A stretch of 64,000 nucleotides of DNA from Blastocladiella emersonii ATCC 22665. Taxonomy: Eukaryota > Fungi > Blastocladiomycota. Both the position numbers and the translations under genes were made by a program. Below the pieces are notes generated by a model. That model was not told the origin of the DNA. It searched no databases and saw only the letters and a list, made by a program, of their open reading frames with translations. The stretch is taken from assembly GCA_025594325.1 (NCBI GenBank), contig JANHCV010000010.1:1612001-1676000 (forward strand). Direction: 5' to 3'. Shown here piece after piece: positions 10,717 to 22,900 of the stretch (the stretch's first letter is position 1; the number at the start of each line of letters is the position of its first letter).

Positions 10717-10880
10717 ACCTTTATTGTGGAACTCGAATCCCAGGGCTCGAGCCGCTGGTGTTCACCGCGGCGCTACGTCGCGCGCCCGCCTCCTCGGCGG
10801 ATCAGCGCGCCTCAGAAAGGACGAGAACAAGCGAGACGATGAGGCAGCGGGATAGTCGCAAGTGTGGATAAATTAGGTAC

Positions 10881-11193
10881 GAGGGACGAGGGACGAGGGA
10901 CGAGGGACGAGGGACGAGGGACGAGGGACGAGGGACGAGGGACGAGGGACGAGGGACGAGGGACGAGGGACGAGGGACGAGGGACGAGGGACGAGGGACG
11001 AGGGACGAGGGACGAGGGACGAGGGACGAGGGACGAGGGACGAGGGACGAGGGACGAGGGACGAGGGACGAGGGACGAGGGACGAGGGACGAGGGACGAG
11101 GGACGAGGGACGAGGGACGAGGGACGAGGGACGAGGGACGAGGGACGAGGGACGAGGGACGAGGGACGAGGGACGAGGGACGAGGGACGAGGG
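10881..11193. repeat. Perfect heptanucleotide array (GAGGGAC)x44 plus a partial unit
   Basis: Read directly; it gives the DEGRGT / PRPSSLV peptide repeats in the ORF track. Confidence 0.98.
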
Positions 11194-11235
11194 TAGGGTA
11201 TGGTAGAGTAGGGTAGGGTAGGGTATGGTCGGGTC
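11191..11235. repeat. Degenerate pentamer array (GGGTA)n abutting the heptamer array
   Basis: gggta gggta tggta gagta gggta gggta gggta tggtc gggtc. Confidence 0.85.
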
Positions 11236-11302
11236 GAGGGGGTATGGCAGACAAATGACAACCAGAAGAGCACGACGACCGCCGCCGCCGCCTCGACGGG
11301 GC

Positions 11303-11880
11303 TCACTCAGCCGCCGAAATCGACGTCGCGGCCGAGCTCGACGAACTCGACGCCGTGGTGGCGATCTCGAACGGGCACTGACGGACAAAGTCGCGCACGT
11401 CGACGGGCATGGCCCCGCACACGCCCTGCAGGTACTTGGCGAGCTGCGTGACCACCTTGGCGGCCGTGAGGGCGGGCGTCGACCCGATCTGGCCCGCGTC
11501 GGCAGCCTCGTCGGCCCCGTCGGCGGCGAACTCGGGGGCCACGATCACGTTGGCATGCGCGGCGGCGCCCGAGTCCTCAATCAGGACCATGAGCATGTGG
11601 TCGTGCGCGTAGGGCCACGCGAGCACCTTGGCGGGGCTCTTGACCAGGACGCCCCCGGGCTCCTTGGACGTTGCGTACTCGCCACCGGCGGCCCAGTAGT
11701 ACGGGACGCGCGCCATGGCGAAGCGCGCGCCCAGCCGGCGGGACAGGCACCGCTTGGCCGCGCCCTCGTCCATGGCGGCGGTCCACACCCCCACGTTACA
11801 CAGGCCGCTGTCGGTGACCGCCTCGACAAAGTGTCGGAGGTGCTTGTCCGAGACGTTGCGGAACAGCTTGCTCCACGGGT
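11303..11880 (-). CDS. Probable FCP1/NIF-like HAD-fold phosphatase-like protein; 5' end unresolved
   Basis: Frame reads PWSKLFRNVSDKHLRHFVEAVTDSGLCNVGVWTAAMDEGAAKRC...LVKSPAKVLAW..HMLMVLIEDS, resembling the NIF 'L..F...vgvWTaa...K.l..v...liDDs' pattern. The N-terminal DxDxT motif was not found. Confidence 0.45.
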
Positions 11881-12424
11881 CTAGACGGGGCGATGGCGAG
11901 GACGAGCGGGTCAGCCGTCCGGTCCTGGGCGCGCGTGGACGAGGCGGGAGTCACGCGCGGGTCGAGGGCGTAGTAGAGCGACCGGAGAGCGCGCGGGGCG
12001 CCGATGTGGGTCACTCGGAGTGATCGCGGAATTGTCTCGCGGCTGCTCACGTGGTAGGCCGAGACGCGTCTCCCGTCTCCCTGTTTTCTCCGCCACGCGT
12101 CTCCCTTCTCGCACTCAACCGGGTCGAAAATTTGCGAGCGAGAGCGAGAGCAACAGCGGCGAGTGGAGCATGCCCGCCCGTCCCCACGCGTTGCACCAAG
12201 AGACGATACGAGCCTGGGCATCGCGGCACGCACCGCGGCGGGGCACCCGCCCGCGCTCGCCCCTCCTCCTCGCCTCGATCCGAGCCGAAAGCTGTGCTCC
12301 TCGCCACCCACCGCACACCACTCTATGACATCGACCCAATCACGCTGCTTCAGCCTCGCCGCCACCGCCAGCGAGTGCGGTCCGCCGACGGCGACGCGTC
12401 CGCATCGAGCCACCCTTGCGACAT

Positions 12425-13620
12425 GGCGGGCATGAGCTCCGGCCGGCCGCGCAGCTCGCGGTTAAGTCCTCGGTCGCGGTCGACAACGAGGTACGCCTCG
12501 TCCGCGGGCAACTCACGCTCGGTGATCCGTGTAGACTCTCGAGAACATCATCCGCGCCATCCGCACCACCCTCCAGCTCTTCACGATCGGCTCGCGGTAC
12601 GGGATCGGGATCGGGATCGCGGCCACACTCGCTCGACGTGCATGCCCGACACGCCTTCAGAGTACGCACTGCCCTCCTGGCACGTGTCGGGAATATCGGC
12701 GAGCTATATTCATAGCGTCGGGTGTCGGGCGACTGGTCGCGCGGTCCCGCGCCACGAGCCGGGCTCGGCAGCGGCGGCGGGCATGAGCAACGGCCGGCCG
12801 CGCAGCTCACGGTCGAGTCCTCGGCCACGGTCAACAACAAGGTACGTTTCTCCCGTCTCGCGGCCGTCGTCGTGATCCGGCAACTCACGCTCGCTGATCC
12901 GTGTAGTGTAGATTCTCCGAGGACATCATGATCATCCGCGCCATCCGCACCATCATCCATCCAGCTCTTCACGATCGTCTCGCGGTACGGGATCGGGATC
13001 GGGATCGCGGCCACACTCGCTCGACGTGCATGCCCGACACGCCTTCAGAGTACGCACTGCCCTCCTGGCACGTGTCGGGAATATCGGCGAGCTATATTCA
13101 TAGCGTCGGGTGTCGAGCGACTGGTCGCGCGGTCCCGCGCCACGAGCCGGGATCGGCAGCGGCGGCGGGCATGAGCTACGGCCGGCCGATCAGCTCACGG
13201 TCGAGTCCTCGGCCACGGTCAACGACGAGCCACGGTCAACGACAAGGTACGCCACCTCCGACTCGTGGCTGTCGTCGCCGCGATTGGATCGGGCAAGGCA
13301 ACTCACTACTCGCTTGCGCCGACAGGTTTCCAAGCTCTCCGCGCCAGGTCGTCACCACCAGCAAGTTCACGCTCAGTGTCAAGTCCCACGCCCGGCGCAC
13401 GGTGAATCGTGCCTCTCTTCATCAAGGTACGCGCGTTCCGACCTGGCTGCGCCGTGATCCGGTAACTGACTCCCGTTTGCCGCGCAGTTTCATCAAGCTT
13501 TGCGCAAATCAGCAAGCCGTGTCCGCCCAGGTCGTCGTTGGCCTTCAACACGCCCAAGTGCCGCGAGTTACAGGTGCGGGCCACGTCTCGCGCGCCCTCA
13601 ACTTCCTCTTCATTGTCAAC
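12425..13620 (+). pseudogene. Degenerate gene remnant containing three diverged tandem copies (about 350-390 bp period) of an exon-intron unit
   Basis: Unit start GGCGGGCATGAGC at 12425, 12776 and 13164; each copy has a GTACG donor (12491, 12842, 13247) and a downstream AG; coding-like stretches (TLENIIRAIRTTLQLFTIGSRY; QVVTTSKFTLSVKS; SRALNFLFIVN) are interrupted by frameshifts and stops. Confidence 0.5.
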
Positions 13621-15293
13621 CATCAGCCATCAGCTATCAGCCGTCAACCCATCAACCTATCAACCCATCAACGCCCCCAACACGTCGTTGCCCAAGCTCC
13701 CGGCCTCACGCTCCTCATTGCCAAGGCTGTCGCGATCGACCACACCATCCTCGGGGAAACTTGCTGTACTCTGAGATCATATCATCACTTGTCGCGCCGT
13801 GTATACACTTCTCGGCCGTCACGGACGCGCTCCCCTTGTGCGACTCACTCTCTGGCCACGTCTCTGGCCGCGGCGCTCGCCCCCGCCCGTCGTCCTCTGA
13901 ATCCAGCCGGCAGCAGCCCTGTCGCAACTTGCGAGTCGCAAGCCAAAGCGCCGCCGAGCGGCTCTGGCTCCCCGCGCGCCGAGCTCGGCCAACACTGCGC
14001 TGCACGGTGTGATGGGCCGTTCAGCTCGCCTGCCTCGCCTCGCCTTGCCTCGCCTTGCCCTTCCAGCCGATCGCGCCGGCGGTACGGTGCTGCTGAGAGC
14101 TGAGAGCTGATCGCGCAGGCGGCAGGGCGAGCGAAAAGTAGTAAATACGCTCCCGATGGCCACCGCGCCGCCGACGCCGCGCTGCTTACAAGTACGGTAT
14201 GCCCGGCTTCTCATCGAATCGGATGATCGAGATGAGTGAACCGCCCGCTCGTCTTGAGCTTCGCGCGTTTATTACGATAATCGACGGCGACGAGCAGCAT
14301 CGCCTTCTGCTCTCTGCTGTTCGCGCAACACTACACGGACCCAGCGGTCGTCCTGCTGCTCGCTCCCTCGCGAGATTCCAGTGAAAAGAGGGAACCCGTC
14401 CGTCCGTGCGAGCGGCGCGCGCCGTTCGCACGGCACCCCGCACGAACGATTCCGCCCGGCAACGAGCAGCAGGGCGGCCGCGGGGTCTCCAGCGTGCGCC
14501 GAGCTCGAGCGAGCGGCAAAAGGGTTTCGTGGATCGAGTCGGCGGACTCGCTCGCGCCGTGCAAGGTCGCGGGCAGCAAAGACGGCTTATCGAGCGCTTG
14601 ATCCGTATTGCCCGTATCCTCGCCGCCCTGGCACTGGTGCTCCCACTGGCTGCCTCACTCAGCCTCGTAGCGCACGGTGAAGCCACCCTTGAGGCTTCGA
14701 GCGAGAAGACCTGGCCACCGCAGAACGGGTTGAGCCCGCAAACCGTGTGTACCGCCACATGAACGTGATGCGGTTCACGGCCGCGTCGCCAAACGCCGCG
14801 CTCCACCCACGGAGGGCAGGCAGCACGTCAACCGAGGCGTGGCGCAGAACGTCGAGGCCTACTCGGGATGCAGCGGCGTTTGAGCCAGCTGTCCGACGAA
14901 GCGGTCTGCCAGCGCACACACGGGTAGATGAAGGCGCCATGGACGACGTGTCCGGGCACGGACAAGTGTGTGGCGAGTGTGCGGGCGACCTCGCTGGCAA
15001 GCGTCCTCCGAGTCGCATTACTTTCGAGCGAGCGCGTCCAGGTGGCGAGGCTGAACAAAGATTCACGCGAGAAGCATAATGCGGCAAGTTGGATTCATAG
15101 TCTTCATGGTTTGGTGCGAGTAGCGTGCATGATGGGGCAGCAGAAGGGAGGGAGAGCGCGGGCCTACTACTACTCGAGGCCGCGGCGGTGGTCTCCTGCA
15201 TGCCCGCCTGCATGCTGCGCCTGCGGTCGTTATGTCGCTTTATCCCTCACGGTCACCCGCTCTCACCCTTCCACCACCCGCAGCCGCGCCATC

Positions 15294-15809
15294 ATGGAAA
15301 CTCATGCAAACGTCGCAGCCGTGCCGACCTACGCGCTCCTCGAGGAGACGCTCGCCTACTACCGCGACATGCTCGACGGCGCGGACCCCACGGTGCTGGT
15401 CTCCTTCGGGTCGTCCCCGGCCGCGTCGCCGCTAGACCCGCGTCAGGGCGTACGTGCCGTCGAGTCTGTCGCGCACCCTAGCCATGTCATGGCCCAGATC
15501 CTGCTTCCGCGGCCGCTCCCGTCCGGCCGTCGCGGTGCAACGTGCGCGCTCGTCGAGTTCACGCCCGTGGGGTTCACCGTCGCTGACGTGGTCCCGTGCT
15601 ACGCGTCCAAGCCGGAGTCTGGCGTGTCGCTGTCGCCCGAGGACGAGGACGCGCTTGAGCTGGCAGCAAGAGATCTCGACGCGATGCGCGGGCGCACCTT
15701 CGACTCGCTCGAGGCGCTGTTTGACGTGGTGGGAGGCGCCGGCCACCGCGCGAACCTGGCGTCGGTCCTCGGCGCGCGGCTCGCGGCGCTGGCTGCCTCT
15801 CGGTCATGA
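15294..15809 (+). CDS. GSKIP/DUF727-domain protein
   Basis: CALVEFTPVGFTV...TFDSLEALFDVVGGAGHRANLASVLGARLAAL parallels the GSKIP pattern (CLELTEAGLKV...HETVYSLLD...FGNALLQRLEAL); ATG 15294. Confidence 0.65.
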   Translation: METHANVAAVPTYALLEETLAYYRDMLDGADPTVLVSFGSSPAASPLDPRQGVRAVESVAHPSHVMAQILLPRPLPSGRRGATCALVEFTPVGFTVADVVPCYASKPESGVSLSPEDEDALELAARDLDAMRGRTFDSLEALFDVVGGAGHRANLASVLGARLAALAASRS

Positions 15810-15931
15810 ACCTCAATAGATCCTTCCACCGAGTTGATGATTGACTAGTGAACATATTTCAGATATGATGAGAATGACAAGACTACGACTAGCTACAACT
15901 CCTCGTCCCGCCGACCGCGTCGTGGCGGCGC

Positions 15932-18900
15932 CTACTTGACCTCGAGCTTGAGGCGGATGCCCATGGCGAGCAGCTCCGTGCACAGGTACCGGAACACGTA
16001 TGGGATCGCCACCACGTCCATGGCCTTGCCGTCGCCGCACGCCCGGCAGATCACCTCGCGCGGCGAGTACGAGTCCTGCGGCGGCAGCGACATGGCCGCC
16101 AGGAACGACCCGCACTTCTTGCACACGTGCGCCTGCGAGTAGTCGGAGCAGTTCATCAACCGGTCCTGCAGCAGGAACGACACGCCGTGGCCCAGCAGCG
16201 AGTCGCGCTCCATCTCGCCGAACCGGATCCCACCCGCGCGCTTGCGGCCCTTGACCGGCTGCATCGTCAGGTTGTGCACCGGACCCGTCGTGCGCACCTG
16301 GAACTTGTCGCTGACCATGTGACGCAGGCGCTGGTAGTACACCACGCCGAGGTAGATGTCGGCCTTGAACTCCTGGCCCGTGATGCCCGAGTACATGGGC
16401 TCGTTGCCAAAGTAGTTGAACCCGGCCGACCGCAACTGCTCGCCAAAGTAGTCGGCCGCGGGGTGGTCCTCGTTGAACTGGAACGGCGTCGCGTCCTGCT
16501 TGATGCCGTGCAGCGCGCCCGCCTTGGCCGCCATCTGCTCGACGAACATGCCAATCGTCATTCGCGACGGGAACGCGTGCGGGTTGATGATCACGTCGGG
16601 CACGATCCCCGTCTCGCTAAACGGCATGTCGGCCGCCGGCCACTTCTGCGAGCACACACCCTTCTGCCCGTGACGCGACGAGAACTTGTCGCCGATGACG
16701 GGCGGGCGCGGAATGCGCAGCTTGATGTGCACCTTGGTGCACTGGCCGTCGCCCGAGTCGTTGCCGAGCACGCGCACCGTGTCGACGTACGCGTCCTCGA
16801 GACCCTTGTACTTGGACAAGCGGTGCTTGCCCGTCACCTCGTCGATGATGCACGCCAGCGGGTCGCCCGTCTTGATGAGGGTGCCGACCGCGGGGAGACC
16901 GTCGGCCTCGAGCTTCTCGTGCTCGCCCAGCTCGGCGGGGAGGCCAAAGTACTTGGTCAGCGGGCCGGCGCGCCGGTCGCTGCGCCCGTCGTCGAGGCTG
17001 ACAATCTCCGACTTGTACACGGTACCGTAGCCGAACCCGCGCTCGTGGCTCGACTTGTTAATGATCATGGCGTCCTCCATGTCGTACGACGTGTACGAGA
17101 TGACGGCAATGACGGCGTTGGTGCCCATGGGCATCTCGTCCATGCCGTAGTGGTCGTGCAGCTTGGGCCGCACAATGGGCGTCTGCGGCGTCTGGATGCG
17201 GTACATCTTGTTGTCGGTGCGTCGCTCGATGGCCATGGCGGGGCTGCCCATGGTCTGCTTGCCCATCTGGCACTGGTACATGTTGCGCGGGGACTGGTTG
17301 AAGTCGGAGAAGGGCGTGAGGTTGGCCACCACCGACAGGATCGACGTGGGCGACAGCTCAATGTGGGTCGTGGTGCCGGGGACCACGTCCTCCTTGAGGC
17401 AGGCAATGTCCATGTACACCTGCTCGAAACTGCCGACGTAGTCGACGGCGTGCGCGTCCTCGTCGCCCTCGGCCGAGCCGGGCTTGGTGGCGCCGAGGTA
17501 GTTGACGGGGCGCACCATGCGGGCGGGGCACGCGAACAGGAACAGGCCTGAGTACTGACCGCCGTTGCTCAATGGGACGAACCCGATCTCGAGCTCGAGC
17601 GGCAGACCGTACAGGCCCTTGACCTTGTAGTCGCGCAGCTGCGCGGCCATCTTGGCGCACAGGTCGGGCGAGGCGAAGCCGAGCACCTTGCCGTCGAGCT
17701 GGATGCACAGGTCGCCCTCGGGGACCACGTAGCCGGGGAGCGCCGGGGCCATGCCGAGCTGGGTGAGCAGCGGCGCGACCGTGGACGCGTTGGCGGCGCG
17801 GGTGGTGATCACGCACGTGTGCGACAGGTGGTTGAGGAGACCGCAGGGCGCGCCATCGGGCGTGTGGACGGGGCACAGGAAACCCCACGCCTCGGGCAGC
17901 AGCTTGCGGACCGTAGTGGTCTTGAGCTCGGCGAAGAAGGCACCGCGATGCACGCAGCGGAAGTGCGAGAGGAAGCGGTAGTAGTTGAGCTTCTCGGCCA
18001 CGATCGTGTAGCCCGACATCTGCTGCAGGTCCATGCCCGTGCTGGTGATGATGTTGCCCGTGGCGAGGAAGTACTCGAGCTTCTTCCCCATGTCGGCCGG
18101 CACGCGGCCGATCATGCGCTGGATGTACTTGGGGTCGGAGAACTCGGAGGAGGCGGGGCGCAGGCGCACCTCGGTGTTGACCGTCTTGATGATCTGAAGC
18201 AGGTACTCCTCGAGCTTCTCCTTGAGGTAGGCACCGTACATGTGGCCGCCGAGCAGAATCTCCTGGTGCTGCGGCGAATCGGGGTTGTCCTGAGCGCACT
18301 CGCCGTTGGCCAGGGCGTAAAGCTTGCGGATCATGAAGACGAGCATGTTGTACTTGTCGCGCGGGTGCTCGAGGTGGACGAGCACGAGGCGGCGGATGAA
18401 CTCGAGGCCGTTCTCAATGTCGGTCGCGTCCTCGGGCAGGTTCATGAGCACGTGGAAGTGCTTGCCGAGGTAGGCCAGGCACGCGTCGCGCGTGTGCAGG
18501 GCGTGCGGCTTGAACGAGCGCAGCAGGCCCTCGACACTGCCCACGAGCGACGTGTTGCCCGTGTTGCCCTGGACAATCGAGTCGAAGATGGCCTTGTCCG
18601 AGTTGCCCTGGAGGGCGCGCAGGACGAGCATGACGGGGACGAGGAACTCCTGCTTGCGGTGGGCGACGCGGAACACGCACGACCCGTCCGTGAGGAAGTG
18701 CAGCGTGTTGGACTGCGACGTCTGGTCGGGGCGCACGCAGCGGATCTGCACACCGTACTGCGAGTAGGCCGGGCCGCGGTTGGTGAAGGACGGGCGGATG
18801 AGCGCGAGCGGGTGGTTGCGGCGGCCGACGATGAGCATGCGGATGAGACGCTCAATGCCGTTCACGATGAAGTAGCCGCCCATCTCCTCGGTCTCCTCGC

Positions 18901-19472
18901 CCTGCTTGCCGAGCTCGAGGGCGCCCATGCCGTACAGGTTGCACTTGTTGGAGCGGACCATGATGGGGATGGCGCCCATGTCGGTGGTGATGCGCTGCGG
19001 GGCGCCGTCGTTGAGCGAGACGCACAGCTTGGCCTGCAGGCGGCCGCGGTACGACACGAGGCGCTCGCGGCACTACGGGGGGAAGGCAATCGTGCGTTAA
19101 CTTCAGATCGCCGGCGTGAACCCTCCGCGATGGAGAGGAGCGCACCTCGGTGGGGTAGGTGAGGCGCTTGTCGGCCTTGGCCTTGTCCGGGATTGTGGGC
19201 TTGGTGAGCGAGAGCTCCTCGATCCAGAAGGTCAGCTTGTTGCCGAGGCCATCGTACTTGTCCGACTTGCGGTCAAAGGCGGCAAACTTGCCGACCTCGT
19301 TGACGTAGAGGTTGAGCAGCGAGTCGCCGTTGCCGAGGTCGGTCAGGTTGTTGAACGACTCGAGGTGCGGCGCAACGAGCGAGTGCAGGTGCGGGTACAG
19401 CGACGCGTTGGACGGCGGCGACTGCGCGTTCTTGGTCCGCTCGAGCGGCGCAAAGTGGTGCTGGACGCCCAT
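15932..19472 (-). CDS. RPA135: RNA polymerase I second-largest subunit
   Basis: HLESFN N-terminus, RHPLALIRPSF, RKLLPEAWGFLCPVHTPDGAPCGLLNH, DFNQSPRNMYQCQMGKQTMG, GDKFSSRHGQKG, GGIRFGEMERD, C-terminal zinc ribbon; intron 19145-19073. Confidence 0.97.
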
Positions 19473-19726
19473 GGCGGAGGCGGGGGCGGGTCGTCGTCGC
19501 AGAGCGTGGGGGGAGCGCGAAGCGGGCGGTTCGCGAACACGATGGCGACCAGGCGATGTGGCGTGCGTGCCCGTCAGCGTCTCGATGCAGGGACGTCAGC
19601 TAGCCGGAGCCCCATCGGCAGGCCGGCCGCGGAGGTCGCTGGTCCGCGGGCACGTCGAGTTCGAAGTTGTGGAGGCTCAGCTGACAGCACGTGGCCCGTC
19701 GCCAGCTGGCCCGCACGAATCGCCTG

Positions 19727-19736
19727 ACGCGTCGCG
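19727..19736. promoter_or_regulatory. Candidate promoter element ACGCGTCGCG in the RPA135/VPS15 divergent intergenic region
   Basis: The exact 10-mer also occurs at 2719, 29779 and 34279, all intergenic and upstream of genes. Confidence 0.35.
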
Positions 19737-19922
19737 TCGCGGCTTCGCGGCGCCGGCGCGCTCGGCGTTGGCGACCACTGCAACGGAATAAATTAGTCTT
19801 GACGCTGAATCTGCTCTCCACACTCTATGCATCTGGCCGGCGTGCCCGCTAAATAGCCCAACGTCTCGTCGCCGGCTGCCCGCCTGCCGCCCTGCCACCC
19901 GAAAGCGCCGCCACCCGCAACG

Positions 19923-22900
19923 ATGGGCAACCACGTCTCGCATCCGGTTGCGACCTCGCTCGACGTCATTGTGACCGATGTTCCCGACTTCACCCTCAGC
20001 AAAAGGTGTGTGGCTGCCAGCTGCAGCAGCTCGCAGGGTGGGGTGAATCGCCCGACCGAGTCTGACGGAGCGCATACCGTAGGCTCGGGAGCGCCCGGTT
20101 CCTGAAAACGCTCCGAGGCCGCGGTCCCTCGGGCCAGCCGACCGTGCTCAAGGTCTTTGTCAAACCCGAGCCCGACTTTGACGTGAGTGTCGAGATCCGC
20201 CGCGCTCAAGGTGCGCTCGGCTCCATTCGCCGGTCCCGGCACTGCTCGCTCACCGTCCGCTGTCTGGGTAGCCGAGTCCCGCGCCATCGCCGGCATCTCG
20301 GGCCTGTGCGGCTACACCAGCGTGTTTGAAACCGACAAGGCCGTGTTCCTCATGCGCCCCTTCTTCCACTCCAACCTCTACGACCGCATCAGCACCCGGC
20401 CGTTCCTGCACGTCCTCGAGCGCAAGTGGATCGCGTTCCAGCTCATCAGCGCGCTCCACCAGTGCCACGCGCGCAAGGTACACTGCGTCATCCGTCTCGA
20501 TTGAACCGGTCCTCACGCGCTTGCGCATCTAGGTCCGCCATGGCGATATCAAATCCGAAAACGTCATGGTCACGTCGTGGAATAGCGTGCACCTGACCGA
20601 CTTTGCCTCGTTCAAGCCGCCCACCCTGCCCGTTGACAACCCGTCCGAGTTTGTCTACTTTTTCGATGCCCGCTCGCGCCGCACCTGCTACCTCGCGCCC
20701 GAGCGCTTCCAGGAGGACGAGGTACTCGAGCTGACCGACGCCATGGACATTTTCTCGCTCGGCTGCGTCATCGCCGAGCTGTTCCTGGAGGGCCGCGTGC
20801 TCTTCAACCTCTCACAGCTCCTCAAGTACCGCCGCGGGGAACACAGTCCATTGCCTGATCTCGAGGCCATCGAAGATGAGGGGATCCGGGTACGCTGTTC
20901 TTGGGATGGGTGCGATTGACCACGGTCACTGACTAGCTCCGCCATACTGTATCAGTCGATGGTCACCTCAATGATCAGCCTTGACCCCGCTTCCCGCCCA
21001 TCTGCTCAGGTGCTCTTAGATCCCGAACGCGGGCCGTTCCCGATCTCGTTCCGCGACTCGCTTGCGTCGTTTGCTGAGGGCTTCCTCGAGCCTGGATCGC
21101 TTGGCATGGATCCCGCGTGCCCGGGCACCGCCGCCATGACCCTTTCCGACCTTCGAGTGCTTCACATCCACCGCTCGCTGCCGGACCTGACTGAGCACGC
21201 GCTGATTGTGCTGTCCTACCTCTCGAGCACCATCCGCACGCTCTCATACCCTCGCACCTTGGTTCTCGCCATCGATGCGTTGCTCCAGCTGTCTGCTCAC
21301 ATCTCGGACGTGCAGCGGCTCGACCGCGTCGTGCCGTACCTGCTGTGGGTGGTTCAGAACGTTGCTGCGCCATCGGTCCAGTCATTGGCGCTTCGGACCC
21401 TGACCCAGATTGTACGTCTCCTCGGACCCTCGCCCACAAGCCTCGTAACACTCACTCGGCTATGCGTGTAGCTCGCCTCAATCAAGTCGATTGCGTCCGA
21501 GGACATGGGCCTGTTCACGGAGCTCCTGTTCCCGCTCTTCTCCCGCCTCGTGTGTCACCCCGAGCCCGTCCTCCGCGCGACGTTTGCCTACTGCCTGGCG
21601 GACCTCGCCGATGCGTGCGTCCAGTTCCTCGATCTCGGCAACGTCATCGCCGAGCGGGAGCAGGTGCACCGCGATGGAGGGTACTTGATGCTGCAGGTAC
21701 GCGTATTTGCTTCATTGAGGTATCTCGAACCAGCGCTTACCCACTTGGCGAGTCAACAGACGCCCGATATCATCCTGGCCGAGATCCAGCGCACTTTCCT
21801 CGACTATCTCCAGACCCTCCTCTCGGACGAGAACGTGTTTGTTCGACGCGCCGTGCTATCGAAAGTCTCGCGTTTCTGCGTCTTCTTTGGCCGACAAATT
21901 GCCAACGACGTGATCCTCAGCCACATTATCACGTACCTCAACGACAAGGACCCGCTGCTGCGCAGGTACGGTGACGTTAGGGAGGATTTCGGGTACAGAT
22001 GGACCCTACTCACGTCCGAGTTTGCCATCGTCTAGCGCCCTGTTCGAGAGCATGGCGGGTGTCAGCGCCGTGGCGGGGGAGCGGAGCCTCCAAGAGTACA
22101 TCCTGCCGTTGCTCCTGCCGTCGCTCCATCAAGGTACACGCCCTGCCTCGCCTTGTGATGGAAACCCACTTCTCACCCCCGCTCAACGCGTAGACCCGAG
22201 CCCCATGGTCGTCGAGCGCGTCCTCGATGCGCTGTCGGCGATCGCGAACCTCAAGCAGCTCAACAAGATCCAGCTGCGTGACATCGTCCGGCAGTGCGCG
22301 CCCTTCCTCATCCACCCGAGCGCCTTCCTGCGCTCCGCGGCCGTGTCCACAGTCTGCGAGTGTGCGAGCGCCCTCAACGACCTTGACGTCATGTGCCTGC
22401 TGATGCCGTCCCTGACGCCCTACTTTGTGTCGCCCGCGCCGCCGTTCGTTGTCGGGCTGACCCCGCTGCATCTCATGCACATGCTGATCTCGCCGGTACG
22501 CCTTCGAGATCACCCGATTTGGATACAAGAACTAACCAAACTGCTTAGATCAAACACTCGACCATGTACCAGCTCAAGGCGCCCGCCGACCAGCAGTCCA
22601 AGGCCGGCGGCCTGCGGCACCGCGGGTCGATGCCGTCGGGCGAGTCGGCCAAACTGGCGCTAATCCGCCCTATCCTTCGGCAGGCGGCTGCCGCGAGCGA
22701 GGACGCGCTCGCGACGTCCGACTCGAACCTGCCGCCGTTCCAGAACGGACGGCGCATCTCCATGCAGTCGCTGCGGATCGCGCCGCACACCGTGTTCCTG
22801 ACGCCCGACCTCGCGAACTCGGGTCCGTCAACGCGCCGTAACGGGACCAGCGCTGCTCACGGGCAGCGGCGCGCGCAGTCCATGATCCTCGACGCGAGCT

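Noticed and set aside
10802-11388. ORFs encoding (PRPSSLV)n or (DEGRGTR)n repeat proteins
   Set aside because: Simply translations of the 7-bp microsatellite; no signal peptide or other coding context.
12340-13014. Minus-strand IPIPYRETIVKS resembling the EF-G/EF-2 domain IV 'YRET' motif
   Set aside because: Only a 4-residue match arising from the GGGATC repeat; splice signals and codon bias favour the plus strand; no other EF-G features.
13621-13671. Degenerate ATCAGCC/ATCAACC short repeat
   Set aside because: Short low-complexity tract with no evident function.
14100-15213. Several overlapping ORFs with protein-like patches (GAFIYP, VNRITFMWRYT, VHTVCGLNPFCGGQVF)
   Set aside because: I could not assemble a consistent frame or assign a family; it may be a decayed gene but is not supportable as a feature.
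16127-19162. Long plus-strand ORFs (474 aa, 447 aa) overlapping RPA135; similarly 27625..29373, 29804..31378, 32613..33830 and 33875..35494 opposite WC-2 and the channels
   Set aside because: Antisense shadows expected from extreme C/G third-position bias; no motifs; the sense genes are clearly conserved.
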